Shown here one piece after another: positions 41,300 to 53,780 of a stretch of DNA of 64,000 bases. Below the pieces are notes generated by a model, which searched no databases, had not been told where the DNA came from, and worked only from the letters and a program-made list of their open reading frames with translations. Source of the DNA: Chrysomallon squamiferum (taxonomy: Eukaryota > Animalia > Mollusca); contig CM022674.1 of NCBI GenBank assembly GCA_012295275.1, positions 8,990,001 through 9,054,000 on the forward strand, given 5' to 3'. Made by a program: the position numbers and the translations under genes. Position 1 is the first letter of the stretch; the number at the start of each line of letters is the position of its first letter.

Positions 41300-44152
41300 T
41301 TTTTTTTTTTTTTTTTTAATTTTATTGGCAATGGTAAGTTTACAAAATATGATTTACAAAATATAAATACAAGGAACAAAAACAAAAACTACTCAAGCAT
41401 GTATAACAAGTATTTACAAAAACACATGGAGTATTTCACAACTGAACTCCTTTTTTACCTGATTGATATATCTGCATGGTTGTACTAAATATATATTTTT
41501 ACAGATACATTTAAAAACCAGTTGATTAAACCAACTTTAATTTAAAAAAATAAAACTGAGACACGGAATACTTATTCAATGGCTTCTAAAACCGCAACAA
41601 AGAGGCACCACTTTTCAGTATGATCGTCCCCTTGCAAACTTATTTACGATATTATTTTTTCTATCATATAATAACTTTTTGCCATGGCTAGAAGACGAGG
41701 AAATGATAGTGAAGTGTTAGCTACACGATCATATATATATATATGTATGTATTGTTTTGTTATTAAAATTAAATGATTAAGTATTTTTTGTCCTGTTTGT
41801 AAACCAAATATTATCTTTCTATCATTTATAATTGTATTAGTTTGTTTAGTACATAATCTGGGTGTTAAATATACCTTTTTCCATATTAATGGATAGTTAT
41901 CATTTATTAGGTCAGACCAGCAGATTTGTGCTGTTGGCAGATGTACATTCATTCCTAGGTCACAACCTTTATTAATTTTTGTCATTAATAAACATACATT
42001 GGACACAAAGTAATAAATAGATTTATCTGTCCTTGTAATTGTTGGACAATGCATTTCCACTTTTCAGGGATACCATGAATTACCATTTTGTAATCTAAAA
42101 AGGTTCCTCCTATGTTATATTTTTGTTTTAACTCTGCAAAAGGAATGATGTATCCTGTTTCTGTTAAAAGATTTCGGATGTGTGTTGTTATACCAATTGT
42201 GGAAAAATAATTACTTGTTTTTAAAATGTGTGTTGTACCATAGGGGCTCATTTACTATTTCGTCACAAGTTTCAATTTTTATTTTTAGCACAAGATCTTT
42301 CCATGCATTCAATACATCATTCCAAAAAGGATTTTAAAACTTTTTATTTATATATTTGCCAACATTGGCTCCCTCTTTAGATAAACATTGATTATCTATA
42401 TATTTATTTAAAAACATTTCCAGTTGCTCTCCGATTGAAAGTAGCGTCTTAACCAAGAAACTTTTAAAGCTTTAATGCATGTTAATGTTTCAGCCATTTT
42501 TGACCCACTGTCAGTATAATTTTTTGTAATAGCTGAGTGTTTAATTCTATCTGGATCAGAAATGAGAAAACATTTTTTTTTTTTTTAATATATATTCTTT
42601 AGGTGGGTTTGGCAGGCTGGTAAAAATATGAGTTTGTTTTGACATAGCTAATGTTTTTACAACAGTTACCCTACCACATATAGTTCCACACCTGCCATGC
42701 CATGAATTTAACCGTTTTTCAATTTTTACCAGCTTTTCATCCAAATATTGTCTAGCTGTTTATTAAGTGTTAGACCTAGAACCTCAAAATTGTTTTCACA
42801 TCAGTCTAGACTTAGCCGTTTGCACTTTTCTGCCATAGTATTTGCAAGGGAACCTAAACCGATAGTTTTTGGTTTTTTCTATATTTATTTTCAGGCCTGA
42901 TATATCTCTAAAAATTGTAATTGCTCATCTAGTTTTCGTCATTTGATCAAAGAGCTGGTTGCTTATATAATTATATTTAGTATCATAATTTATATACTTG
43001 CTATCTGTTGGTCAACTGTCCTTTTATCCAAAAAATAAATAAATAAATAAATATATGTATATATATTAATAAGCTAATAACTATCTTTGCTGGATCACAC
43101 TAACAAAAGATAACACACCAGCAAGTAAGTTTTGGGGTAAGCTTCATGTATGTTGTAAACTAACCAAAATGTACTAAATACATACGCACATATGTATATG
43201 ACTTGCTTATTTGAAAAACAATATGGGCATCATGTATTTGAATTTAAATATGCACAAAGACTACAATAATGGCTGGTGGAGGAGCTGGAGATGGAAGACT
43301 GGTTGTTACTGGAAGGCTTCTCTTGGGTTGGCCAAGTTGATGAACATTTATAAAACTCATAGATTCTTCATTTGTCTCATTTAGCTTCACTGACTTCAAC
43401 AACTGCCTCTGTATCTTCTTTTCCTAGTGACTGATCCACTTGTACATCATAAATCAATAGGTTTCACTTTCTTTCACAAATTTCTAATTTAATCAGTTGA
43501 TTTTCTAACTGTAATTTTATCATCAGTTTGGCTTTTAATTATATTCTGACACTGATGAATATTTTCATTTTTGATTTAATAATCTATACATCAAACAATA
43601 AACTTTTAACAGCCTCGTTCACTTCAAACTTAATTTCAGTTTTTGTTGAATCTATTTGCAACTTAATGTTTAATTCTAAACTAGACAACTTTTCATTTAC
43701 CTTTTGCAATAACATCTTTTCCAGTTGCACCATTTTTGTTTCCATACCTTTAATCGCCTCATGGACCTGTACTATCTCAGTTTTTTGTCATTTTTTGTTT
43801 TAGAGCTAATGGGTTGTCTCTGGGGGACTTTCTTCAGCTCCTTATAGTACATTTTCCTTCATTCAAACTCTGGGCCATTCACCTTGTCAACACAAAACGT
43901 ACTGGTCATTAATTAAACTTCCAAAATGGCGGTCACGTGCAAAGCCTGCATGTTTACAAAACATTTGTTTATGGACAGCGGCAACTCACCTTACTCACAA
44001 ACATCTTGAAACTTTGGACGACGACTAGTTTGTACAAACTCACACAAACACTTCTAGTCAACTTTGCTTGGCATCAACTCAACTTTGAAAAACAATTTCC
44101 CTGAGCGAGTACTATTACATGACCATCTTAGTCACAGGCATGTAACTCTCTC
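41300..44152 (-). mobile_element. Internally deleted L1/Tx1-clade LINE with intact ends, poly(A) tail and 14-bp TSD
   Basis: TSD ATCTCTTA(G/A)TAAGT at 41286-41299 and 44153-44166; poly(T) at 41300-41317 next to AATAAA on the - strand. Broken ORF1 coiled coil ending ...KLEICERK*NLLIYDV (43450-43880). ORF2 C-terminal remnants SGLKINIEKTK and RLNSWHGR...GRVTVVKTLAMSKQTHIFTSLPNP. Confidence 0.88.
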
Positions 44153-44391
44153 ATCTCTTAATAAGTAAATCTAAAGAGATCTAAAATTGGCTATGCATAT
44201 TGTACAAAGATACCGTTAATTCCCAAATTATAATTAATTTAAAGTTTTTGTTGCATAAAGCAGTGAGTTGAAAAAGCTTCAGATACAATCACTTTTCTTT
44301 CAGTTTATGTTGAGGGATATAAAAATGAACCATATGTTACTTGATTAAGATTTGTTTATTTTTCAAAATAACAGAATTTTTGCATTGTTAC

Positions 44392-45000
44392 TCTGGGTGA
44401 TTTCAGAGTTTGATTGTGGCTTATAGAGGAGAAAGGAAATGAGAAAGAGAGAAGAGAATTCTGGGTGATTGACTTGGAGTGATTTCAGAGTTTAGCTGCA
44501 GTGTTACAAAGAAGAAACAAAATATGAAAGAGAAGAGAATTCTGGGTGATTGACTTGGAGTGATTTCAGAGTTTAGCTGCAGTGTTACAAAGAAGAAACA
44601 AAATATGAAAGAGAAGAGAATTCTGGGTGATTGACTTGGAGTGATTTCAGAGTTTAGCTGCAGTGTTACAAAGAAGAAACAAAATATGAAAGAGAAGAGA
44701 ATTCTGGGTGATTGACTTGGATTTTCAGAGTTTAGCTGCAGTGTTACAAAGAAGAAACAAAATATGAAAGAGAAGAGAATTCTGGGTGATTGACTTGGAG
44801 TGATTTCAGAGTTTAGCTGCAGTGTTACAAAGAAGAAACAAAATATGAAAGAGAAGAGAATTCTGGGTGATTGACTTGGGTGATTTCAGAGCTTGAGGAT
44901 TTCAGAGTTTAGCTGCAGTGTTACAAAGAAGAAACAAAATATGAAAGAGAAGAGAATTCTGGGTGATTGACTTGGAGTGATTTCAGAGTTTAGCTGCAGA
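44392..45000. repeat. Tandem repeat, about 7 copies of an 81-bp unit
   Basis: CTGGGTGATTGACTTGGAGTGATTTCAGAGTTTAGCTGCAGTGTTACAAAG... starts at 44461, 44542, 44623, 44704, 44782, 44863 and 44959. Confidence 0.95.
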
Positions 45001-45739
45001 GGAGAACTGAAATATGAGAAAATACATTTGTTAGGTAATTAACCAGATTTATGAATTTAATTGACACAGGATAGTAATTCAGTGAATTATTTATCTCCAG
45101 AAGAAAAACTGTTTCAGAATTAAATATCTGAACATATTTTAACAGAAACATCTATCATTCTAAAATATGTTGTGTCACAATGGCATCCAACAGTTTATCA
45201 TATAATTTCACCTCAGACAACATCTACTATAAGTTTATTTTTACTTTTATTACTGCACATTTCAAACAATATTTTTTTATTCGTTTGTTCATCATATAAA
45301 GAGAAATATTGACTATGCATTAAGATGTTTACAGAAATATTTGTATAGTTATTTCGTTTCACTTTTTAAATTTGTTTTAGAGAGAGAGAGAGAGAGAGGT
45401 ATTATAAAGAGTATAAAATAAAAAGGTAGTATGTAGTTAGTAGCAGTAGTTAATTTCATCTGATGTACTTGAAAACAGCTGTGCTACATCAGATTAAGTC
45501 AGATTTAATATTTAATACTGAACATATTAATGTAAATACAGGCTTTTTAAAATATCATAAGTACTGTATAAGTATGGCTTATTCAAAAATCTCTTACAAA
45601 AAGTGAGATTGAATATTATCTTGCAGTTAATTTAGTGAAAAACATGTCAAGTTTATCATCCTAAATGTTTCAGTATTATTAATACATTTTCTGTCATTAC
45701 TTTTTTAACATTTATCATTACATACTGCTTTCTGATATT

Positions 45740-46140
45740 ATTTTTTTCGCATTCTGGTTGTATAATCTCAAACACCATATGGTGCCCAGGAAAATGTCTG
45801 AATTGCTGGAACTTTCAGCTCACCATGCTAAATTGTATTCTTTATTTTTTTTTTTTTTTTTTTTTTTTACTGTTTGTTTAATAAAATATGAAATGTACTG
45901 TAGTTTTTCTTCTTGTTTTATTTTTTTTATTTTGCAAAAATACATTAATAATATTAATAATAATAATAATAATAATAATATAAATTCTGAAAAAATAAAA
46001 TAAAAGTAAAGTGAGAAAACACTGGGAGTAATATTAAATGTGCCGTCAACAAACACCTGCTGAATGTTACTAAATTCTTCCAAGCATTAAGATTTGATTC
46101 AGGTATTCCATTCATATAGAAGGCTGGGTTAGAGAGATTT
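45740..46140 (-). mobile_element. MULE/Mutator transposase relic
   Basis: QQVFVDGTFNITPSVFSLY matches the MULE D-G-T-F...P..F..LY catalytic segment. Downstream DIFLGTIWCLRLYNQ resembles a decayed VFP...CxFHYxQ motif. Confidence 0.55.
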
Positions 46141-49103
46141 TTAAAAACTTTATCTTAATTTATAATTTTTGATATTTTATTTATTTATTTATTTATTTAT
46201 CTATTTATTTATATATTTATTTATTTTAAAGATTTAGAATTTTAAAATAAAAATAATAATACTGTCATGAACATGCTAGAAAAAAAGAAAACTGAAGATC
46301 AGTATCTAGGATACAGAAGCAGATATGACATAGACAGTGACTTTCTCCATAATTTGAAAGTATATTAAAAGCTTGTAATGTGAAATCAGACAGACACAAA
46401 TACTTTCATCTGGAATGTCTGGGAAAATGTCTGTGTTACATCAAATTAAAAGTAAGTCAGTTTCAGAAAATCGTATTTATTTTAGATCCACTGGGTTTTT
46501 TAATGATCTGATGGAAAGGTCATTTTTGGTCAATAATTTTTTCAGACTAGTGATTTAGGTTTTCTTTTTTTTCTTTTTATTATTATTATTGCTATTATTT
46601 TTTCTTTTATTATTTGATTTTAAGTTTGTGTGTGTGTATTATATCAGTACAAAATTAAGAAAAAAAATCATTTTTTTTCTGTAGCAAAATGTTTTTTCTA
46701 ATACTAAACCATTAAATCCATTAAATTAACATTTGGCATAATAGCAATTCATTCATTCATTCATAAGAAACATTGATATCTACATTTTAAATTTTTTATT
46801 TTACTTTATCAAGACTAATAGTTTTTATAGTTTTAATATATATATATATTTTTTTTTTTTCCCCTTAGGTTTCAAAACTGTTAGAAACATCTTCATCTTT
46901 TCTGTGTTTTCTCTTCAACTGCAGTATGTACATCTTCACTGTAAGTCTTTTTGTTATTATCTTTCACTATATGTGTTCTGATTAAACAATAAATGCTAAC
47001 TGTGCGTTATGCTGAATACAGTCACCAAGAGAATGTGTAATGTACAATGAAAATATTTATTATTTGTAGATTTGAAATCCAACGAATTCAAAGGAATTGA
47101 TACTGGAGGCAGCATCTATAAAGATACATTTGAAAAACTCAATCATGCCTGGATGCTGAAAGATAAAAATGATGACCACACTGCATTGAAGAGACTGATT
47201 CAAAAAGCTGGAAATGTTTACCAAGCAAATTTATCTGATTCTGCTGAAATACCAGATCTTTATCTTTCAAAAATCAGAGAAATGTTTATAAACTCAGATG
47301 AAGTGAATTTGAAGAGCCAAAGGTTAAGAAGAAATGCTACATTGAAGGAAAATGATTCACTGATCAGAAACAAACCCAGAGAGAAGTTGTCAATCCTCCT
47401 TATTCTAAAACAAATCAATCAGCTTCTTGCCTTCATTGTCAACAGAAGAGACAAACATCAGCAACCACATCGACATTTGCACAGGCAGAAACATGGTGGT
47501 CAAGAGAAGGAAAAAGCCCCAAAAGAGAACACTGCACCATTATTTGTTGGTTAAATACAGTTTATCCCTAGCATTTTATCTCAGTCAACTTTTAATCTAT
47601 CTGGATAATAAAATAAATAATTATCTGAATTTTCAGTAATAGTGAATTTTGTACTTTTGAAAATATTGTAAACAGTACATTAAAGATTTCATAACAATTA
47701 TTGTTTAAAAAACATGTGTATAAATTAAACAAGTTTATGAAATAACAAAAAATATTTCAACCAAAATGTTAATGTATTCTCAAGATTTCTTTGGATGAAA
47801 AAATAAACAATCCTTCCAACAATCAATGCAAGATGTTTTGTTTATTATTTATTTTTCAAATTTATTGTGCAAAATAGAGAAATGTGTAAACAACTTATTT
47901 CCCATCAAGAAATTTTACAAGATTTAAAAAAAAAAAAATTATCTTTTATTTTAATATTTTAGTATTCTCATCTTTTTCCATTTTGTATTTACAGTATTTT
48001 TTAAAAAGAAAAAACTGTAGTGTAGCATAATCCTCATACATACATACATACAGAGAGAGAGACATGCAGAAACACATATTAACACTCGTCCATACATATC
48101 CACACCAACACATACACAGTGATACTTGAGAATATTTTTAAATTTTAACATTTCTTAGTTTCATTTTTTTTTTGTTAATGTTTTATGCATATTTTTCTTC
48201 TATCATTGTCAAAGACTTAATATTTTGAAATATTGCAGCATTATATGTTTCCTTGAAAATCAGAATAAACGTCACAATGTAAATCATGTAAACAAACTAT
48301 GCTGTTGCTGGAGAGTAATGAATATATTTGAGATACATAGGTGGAACGTTTCTGTATGAAAAAGCAAACATAGCTACTTGTTCAGCTACTTTTACATTTT
48401 TATACAAACCTTCCAATTCATTCAGTGATAGATCACTGTGGATTATGGAGGAATGAAATAATAATTGAAAATAAAAAAAAAAGCCCTTGATAAATTTACA
48501 GTTCAAGTGATCATTAATGTTAAACTGATAATTAAATTTACCTGTTTCGGAAATGGCTGGACACACATTCATGTTTATTATGTACTGTTTAATTATTTTA
48601 ATAACTAGGTTGTAGAATTCTGACTGACTGTAGAAAAGTAGAGATACGGTGTGACTGATAAAGTACCAAGTCAAACAGTATTAACACTGCATACCATTCT
48701 TCTTGAAGTGTCTCATTCAGTTGAAGACTAAACGTGGATTAATGGAGCAGGTTTACCAAGTTTACTGATATTGGAAGTATATATATATATTTATTTTTTA
48801 CATTCAACATATATAACTATACCGTTCTAAAATAGTGAAAATTTGTTTTATATCACTGTAACATATTCGTGTATCATCACTAATACAATTAAATATAAAA
48901 TAACGTGATAGAAATGACTATTGAAATTAACAGGTTAAAAGCAATAAAATTCCACAGAACAATGAAAAGAATTACGTTTTTTTATTTTAAGAGTAAGGTT
49001 TCTGTAATTGTTCTATGAACAAACTATTTCTAACACATTTGTCGTTATTCGTTAGCCAGTAAAAAAGCGAGAGAAGAAAAGTCCGAGTCTTGAAAAGAGG
49101 CGA

Positions 49104-49864
49104 TTAGCTGAGTTTTTTTCCTGTAACAGGACACGTGTTCTTGTCCATGTGCAGTAAACTCGCCATCATAGGATTCGGGTCGTAGTAGATCTCAAGTGCC
49201 TGGATCTTCATATCTTTCGTCACCTTGGCAATGCACATTCCATACAGTTCAAGCTTCTCTCCTGTAGGTCCGTGACCTTTGAACGTGCCCTCGTACGTGC
49301 CCCAGTGTCGCCATGTAAACGTAACTGATGGCGGACCTAATATTACAGACACATTATTGAAAAGAAGTTATTTATCATTTATGATAACAGCTCAGACAAT
49401 GGTTTTTTTATTTGTGTCTCAAAAAAAAAAAAAAAAAAAGCAATTTAGAAGAAAGCTGGAGTGGAATTAACTAGACAAAGTAAAATATACGGTCAGTACT
49501 GTTAGGTTAACTAACAGATTTCTCTACTTGTACAATATCTAGCTGGCAAGACCAATGTTTGGTCGACAGTAGTAGCTTATATTCCTTATGGTTGTGAGAA
49601 AAATTATTTTAAAGAATGGCTATCAAAGGCATGATGTGACTAGTTAAGGGGGAAGAGGGTTCATTTGCTTTTTCAAACTTTTCCCCATTTTTATAGACAA
49701 TTTTTCGTCCATGATGACCAGTTGTATAAAAGTAGTTTCGAATCATTAAACATCATTGTGCTGTAATACAACTAAATTCATTATGAAAGTTAAGTTATTT
49801 GCAAACATTTCGGATTTTATCAAACATACAACTTAAGAAAACCTGAATTCACATTAATTAATTC

Positions 49865-49925
<61 letters not shown>

Positions 49926-51180
49926 AGAGAACCTGAAAAAAGGTCAAGCAGTTCCCAGGCGAACCCTCCAGGCATGGCGTCTCTGAACAACGAGTGAGAC
50001 GTCTGGTTGGATTCCGCGTCCGCATCGTACAGCACGCAGTTCTGCAGGAAGATGTTGTAGTTGCCCATGTCGATGTTTCCCTTCAGGCCCGTCTTATATA
50101 AACTGTTAATACTGATAGTGAATGCATCCTTATCCACACACTTCCAGTCCTGTACAGTACACATTTATATATACACATACATAAATACACAAATACCAAC
50201 TTACAAAACGTACATTGTAGAATATATTAATTACAAAGTTGAAAAATACAGAATTTTATATATATATATATGTCAACACAACAACAGCAATACAAACGTG
50301 CGCGCATACCTACCAGCCCACTTTCTCCATGCACGCACACACTGACAATGACAAAGACGGATACATGGAGTTGAATTTATCTGATCACAATTATATAAAG
50401 CCAAAATATAGCGAAATATATTTTGGCTTTATATAATTGTGATCAGATAAATTCAACTCCGTGTATTAACTATAGATGTTTTATTCGACTAATTTTATAT
50501 ATATATATATATATAAAATCTTAAGATTATCTAGTTTCAACATATAAAATAAATAAAGAATAAAATAACATCAAATATATTAAATAAATATGTATTAATA
50601 ATTATAATCAGTAAATAAACTGCTTTTAACTGCCGACATGTGCAAATAATTAAAATTCTGTTTGACTGTAATAACCTTTTACGGGAAAATACGCGATGAC
50701 GTTTTTACTTTGTAAACTGCGTTAATCAGCGGCCGAGTTTAGTGTGACAAACTACACGTCAATATGCAGTGTAATCTGTGTCATTAACGGCGTGTTGTAT
50801 AATATGTATGTGCGTTACAAATACATATAACTTAACTTTATATCCACGTAGTAACTTTATATTACTGTCACAATTTAAAATTCACTTATCCTTGTCATTA
50901 TGTTCTAAGCCCCTATACATGATAATGAACACATTAAGCATTGGATCCTTAACGCTAATGCAATTAGTAAATACAAACTTACGTTTTCGTCAATTTTGTG
51001 CGAACTTTCCATTTCCCATGTTTTCACTAGATTTTCTACAAGTTTCTCAAGTGATTCAGCTTTGTGATTTCGTGACTTTTCTTTTAAATATTTCATGTCC
51101 ACTCTGGAGAAATCGGGTTTACCGTGGGCCCATTTTATGTTTGGATCGTCCATAAACTGTCTGGTCGGTGGGTCGCCCAT
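49104..51180 (-). CDS. Pathogen-related protein-like (SnoaL/NTF2-like fold), 215 aa
   Basis: Exons 51180-50983, 50149-49933 and 49336-49104 (648 nt); CCACCATGG Kozak context. Family motifs: SLEKLVENLVKTWEMESSHK, GNYN, SHSLFRDAMPGGFAWELLDLFSGPPSVTFTWRHWG, EIYYDP, terminal CPV. Confidence 0.9.
49868..49924. repeat. (TTA)n microsatellite next to a splice donor
   Basis: Read directly from the sequence. Confidence 0.95.
50364..50463. mobile_element. 100-bp hairpin MITE-like element with flanking TA
   Basis: Perfect 44-bp arms 50367-50410 and 50417-50460, loop GCGAAA, TA dinucleotides at 50362-50363 and 50464-50465. Confidence 0.7.
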
Positions 51181-51189
51181 GGTGGATGT

Positions 51190-51224
51190 CAATGGAATGA
51201 CTGCAGAGCGATCGGCTTTATATA
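51190..51224 (-). promoter_or_regulatory. TATA box and initiator-like element of the pathogen-related protein gene
   Basis: TATATAAA at 51224-51217 (- strand), followed 27-32 nt later by TCATTCCATT and then the ATG at 51180. Confidence 0.55.
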
Positions 51225-52009
51225 ACCAGGGCAGGCTAACCACCGGAGGAAAAAAACTAAAATGTCAGAGACCCGACCTAGAATGCCCGTTAACATCACG
51301 TAGCACTTTTAGGTAATTCCAGAATATATCAGTGGTTATTGAAAATCAAACTAAAACATATTTGGCGATTTTTCAGTGTCAGATTAAAAAAGTACACGAA
51401 TCATATGTGTACATACATACATACATATGTTATTTTCACGTGTTCGTTATTTTCATAAATAAACACATTCTTGAATATCCATTAATAATAATATTATACA
51501 TTTCATTTTATTTAAAACAGTTATAAATTCTTAGAAAAGAAGCAAAATCCACATTTCACGTGATACATGTACTCACTGGAGAAAAGTAATTTCTACATGC
51601 TAATAGATGATTTTATAAAACATTTCTTTATTTTTGCACTGATGCTCTTGACTGTCTTTCCATCGGAAGAATTTCGATATTATAAATAAATAAAATCGTA
51701 ATAAATAATAAAGAAATATTTTAATAAAAAATCTTTTGGCTTGAACGTGTCGTATTAGGCGTAGTGCGCGTGACTGGCGAGCGATCAGTGTACAAAGCGT
51801 TACGTCTCCCAGATAGCAGAACACTGTGTCATTCAGTGGAAACGAATGTCATTTGACCGTCAACTATAACACCGGCTACTACTGCTTACCGAATTATTAT
51901 CTTTACCAATCCATTTGCTGTTATTACTACTAAGACTACTGCTTCCACTACATCGAGTTATTATCTTTACTACCTCATTTATAAGTATTACTACTATTAG
52001 TACATAGTT

Positions 52010-53780
52010 GTTTTACAGCTAGTACATCGAGTTGTGATCTTTACTGCATTGCTTACTGCTGTAACTACAAACACTGCTACTGCTAGTACATCGAGTTATT
52101 TTGACTGTATTGTTTACTGCTGTAACTTTATTGTTTACTGCTGTAACTACAAACACTGCTACTGCTAGTACATCGAGTTGTTATTTTTACTGTATTGTTT
52201 ACTGCTGTAACTACAAACACTGCTACTGCTAGTACATCGAGTTGTTATTTTGACTGCTGTAACTACAAACACTGCTAAACATCGAGTTGTTTTTGACTGT
52301 TTTACTGCTGTAACTACTTAGTTCGAGTTGTTATTTTGACTGCTGCTGTAACTACAAACACTGCTACTGCTAGTACATCGAGTTGTTATTTTGACTGTAT
52401 TGTTTACTGCTGTAACTACAAACACTGCTACTGCTAGTACATCGAGTTGTTATTTTGACTGTATTGTTTACTGCTGTAACTACAAACACTGCTACTGCTA
52501 GTACATCGAGTTGTGATCTTTACTGCATTGCTTACTGCTGTAACTACAAACACTGCTACTGCTAGTACATCTTGTTATTTTGACTGTATTGTTTACTGCT
52601 GTAACTACAAACACTGCTACTGCTAGTACATCGAGTTGTTTTTACTGTTGTTTGCTGTAACTACAAACACTGCTACTGCTAGTACATCGAGTTGTGATCT
52701 TTACTGCATTGCTTATTTTGACTGCTACTGCTGTAACTACAAACACTGCTACTGCTAATCGAGTTGTTATTTTTACTGCATTGCTTTACTGCTGTATTGT
52801 TTACAAACACTGCTCTAGTACATCGAGTTGTTATTTTTATTTTGACTGCATTGTTTACTGCTGTAACTGCTACTGCTAGTACAAACACTGCTACTGCTAC
52901 AAACACTACATCGAGTTGTTATTTTTACTGCTGTACTGCATTGTTTTTTGACTGTATTGTTTACTGCTGTAACTACAAACACTGCTACTGCTAGTACATC
53001 GAGTTGTTATTTTGACTGTATTGTTTACTGCTGTAACTACAAACACTGCTTTACTGCTGCTGTAACTACAAACACTGCTACTGCTAGTACATCGAGTTGT
53101 TATTTTGACTGTATTGTTTACTGCTGTAACTACAAACACTGCTACTGTTGTAACTACAAACACTGCTACTGCTAGTTCGAGTTGTTATTTGTTTACTGCT
53201 GTAACTACAAACACTGCTACTGCTATTCGAGTTGTTATTTTTTGTATTGTTTATGGCTACAAACACTGCTGTAACTACAAACACTGCTGTAACTACAAAC
53301 ACTGCTACTGCTAGTACATCGAGTTGTTATTTTGACTGTATTGTTTTGTTATTTTGCTGTAACTACAAACACTGCTACTGCTAGTACATCGAGTTGTTAT
53401 TTTGACTGTATTGTTTACTGCTGTAACTACAAACACTGCTACTGCTAGTACATCGAGTTGTTATTTTGACTGTATTGTTTACTGCTGTAACTACAAACAC
53501 TGCTACTGCTAGTACAAACTACAAACACTGCTACTGCTAGTACATCGAGTTTATTTTGACTGTTATTTTGACTGTATTTTGTTTTGTTTACTGCTGTTTA
53601 CTGTACATCGAGTTGTTATTTTGACTGTATTGTTTACTGCTGTAACTACAAACACTGCTACTGCTAGTACATCGAGTTGTTATTTTGACTGTATTGTTTA
53701 CTGCTGTCACTACAAACACTGCTACTGCTAGTACATCGAGTTGTTATTTTGACTGTATTGTTTACTGCTGTAACTACAAA
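52010..53780. repeat. Minisatellite array, 64-bp unit, more than 20 irregular copies
   Basis: GCTAGTACATCGAGTTGTTATTTTGACTGTATTGTTTACTGCTGTAACTACAAACACTGCTACT; period 64 (e.g. 52381 to 52445), with many truncated units. Confidence 0.95.

Larger units (their letters stand above)
39810..47554 (+). pseudogene. Decayed multi-exon gene of unknown family (possible PHD-finger remnant); last exon 47070-47554 still open
   Basis: Exon-like blocks with splice signals and in-frame stops at about 39810-39943, 40275-40573, 41099-41189, 45070-45228, 46232-46451, 46869-46940 and 47070-47554. ACNVKSDRHKYFHLECLG resembles the PHD C...FHxxC pattern. Confidence 0.4.

Noticed and set aside
44392-45000. 81-bp and 64-bp (52010-53780) arrays as CRISPR arrays
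   Set aside because: Head-to-tail units with no unique spacers, no cas genes, eukaryotic context.
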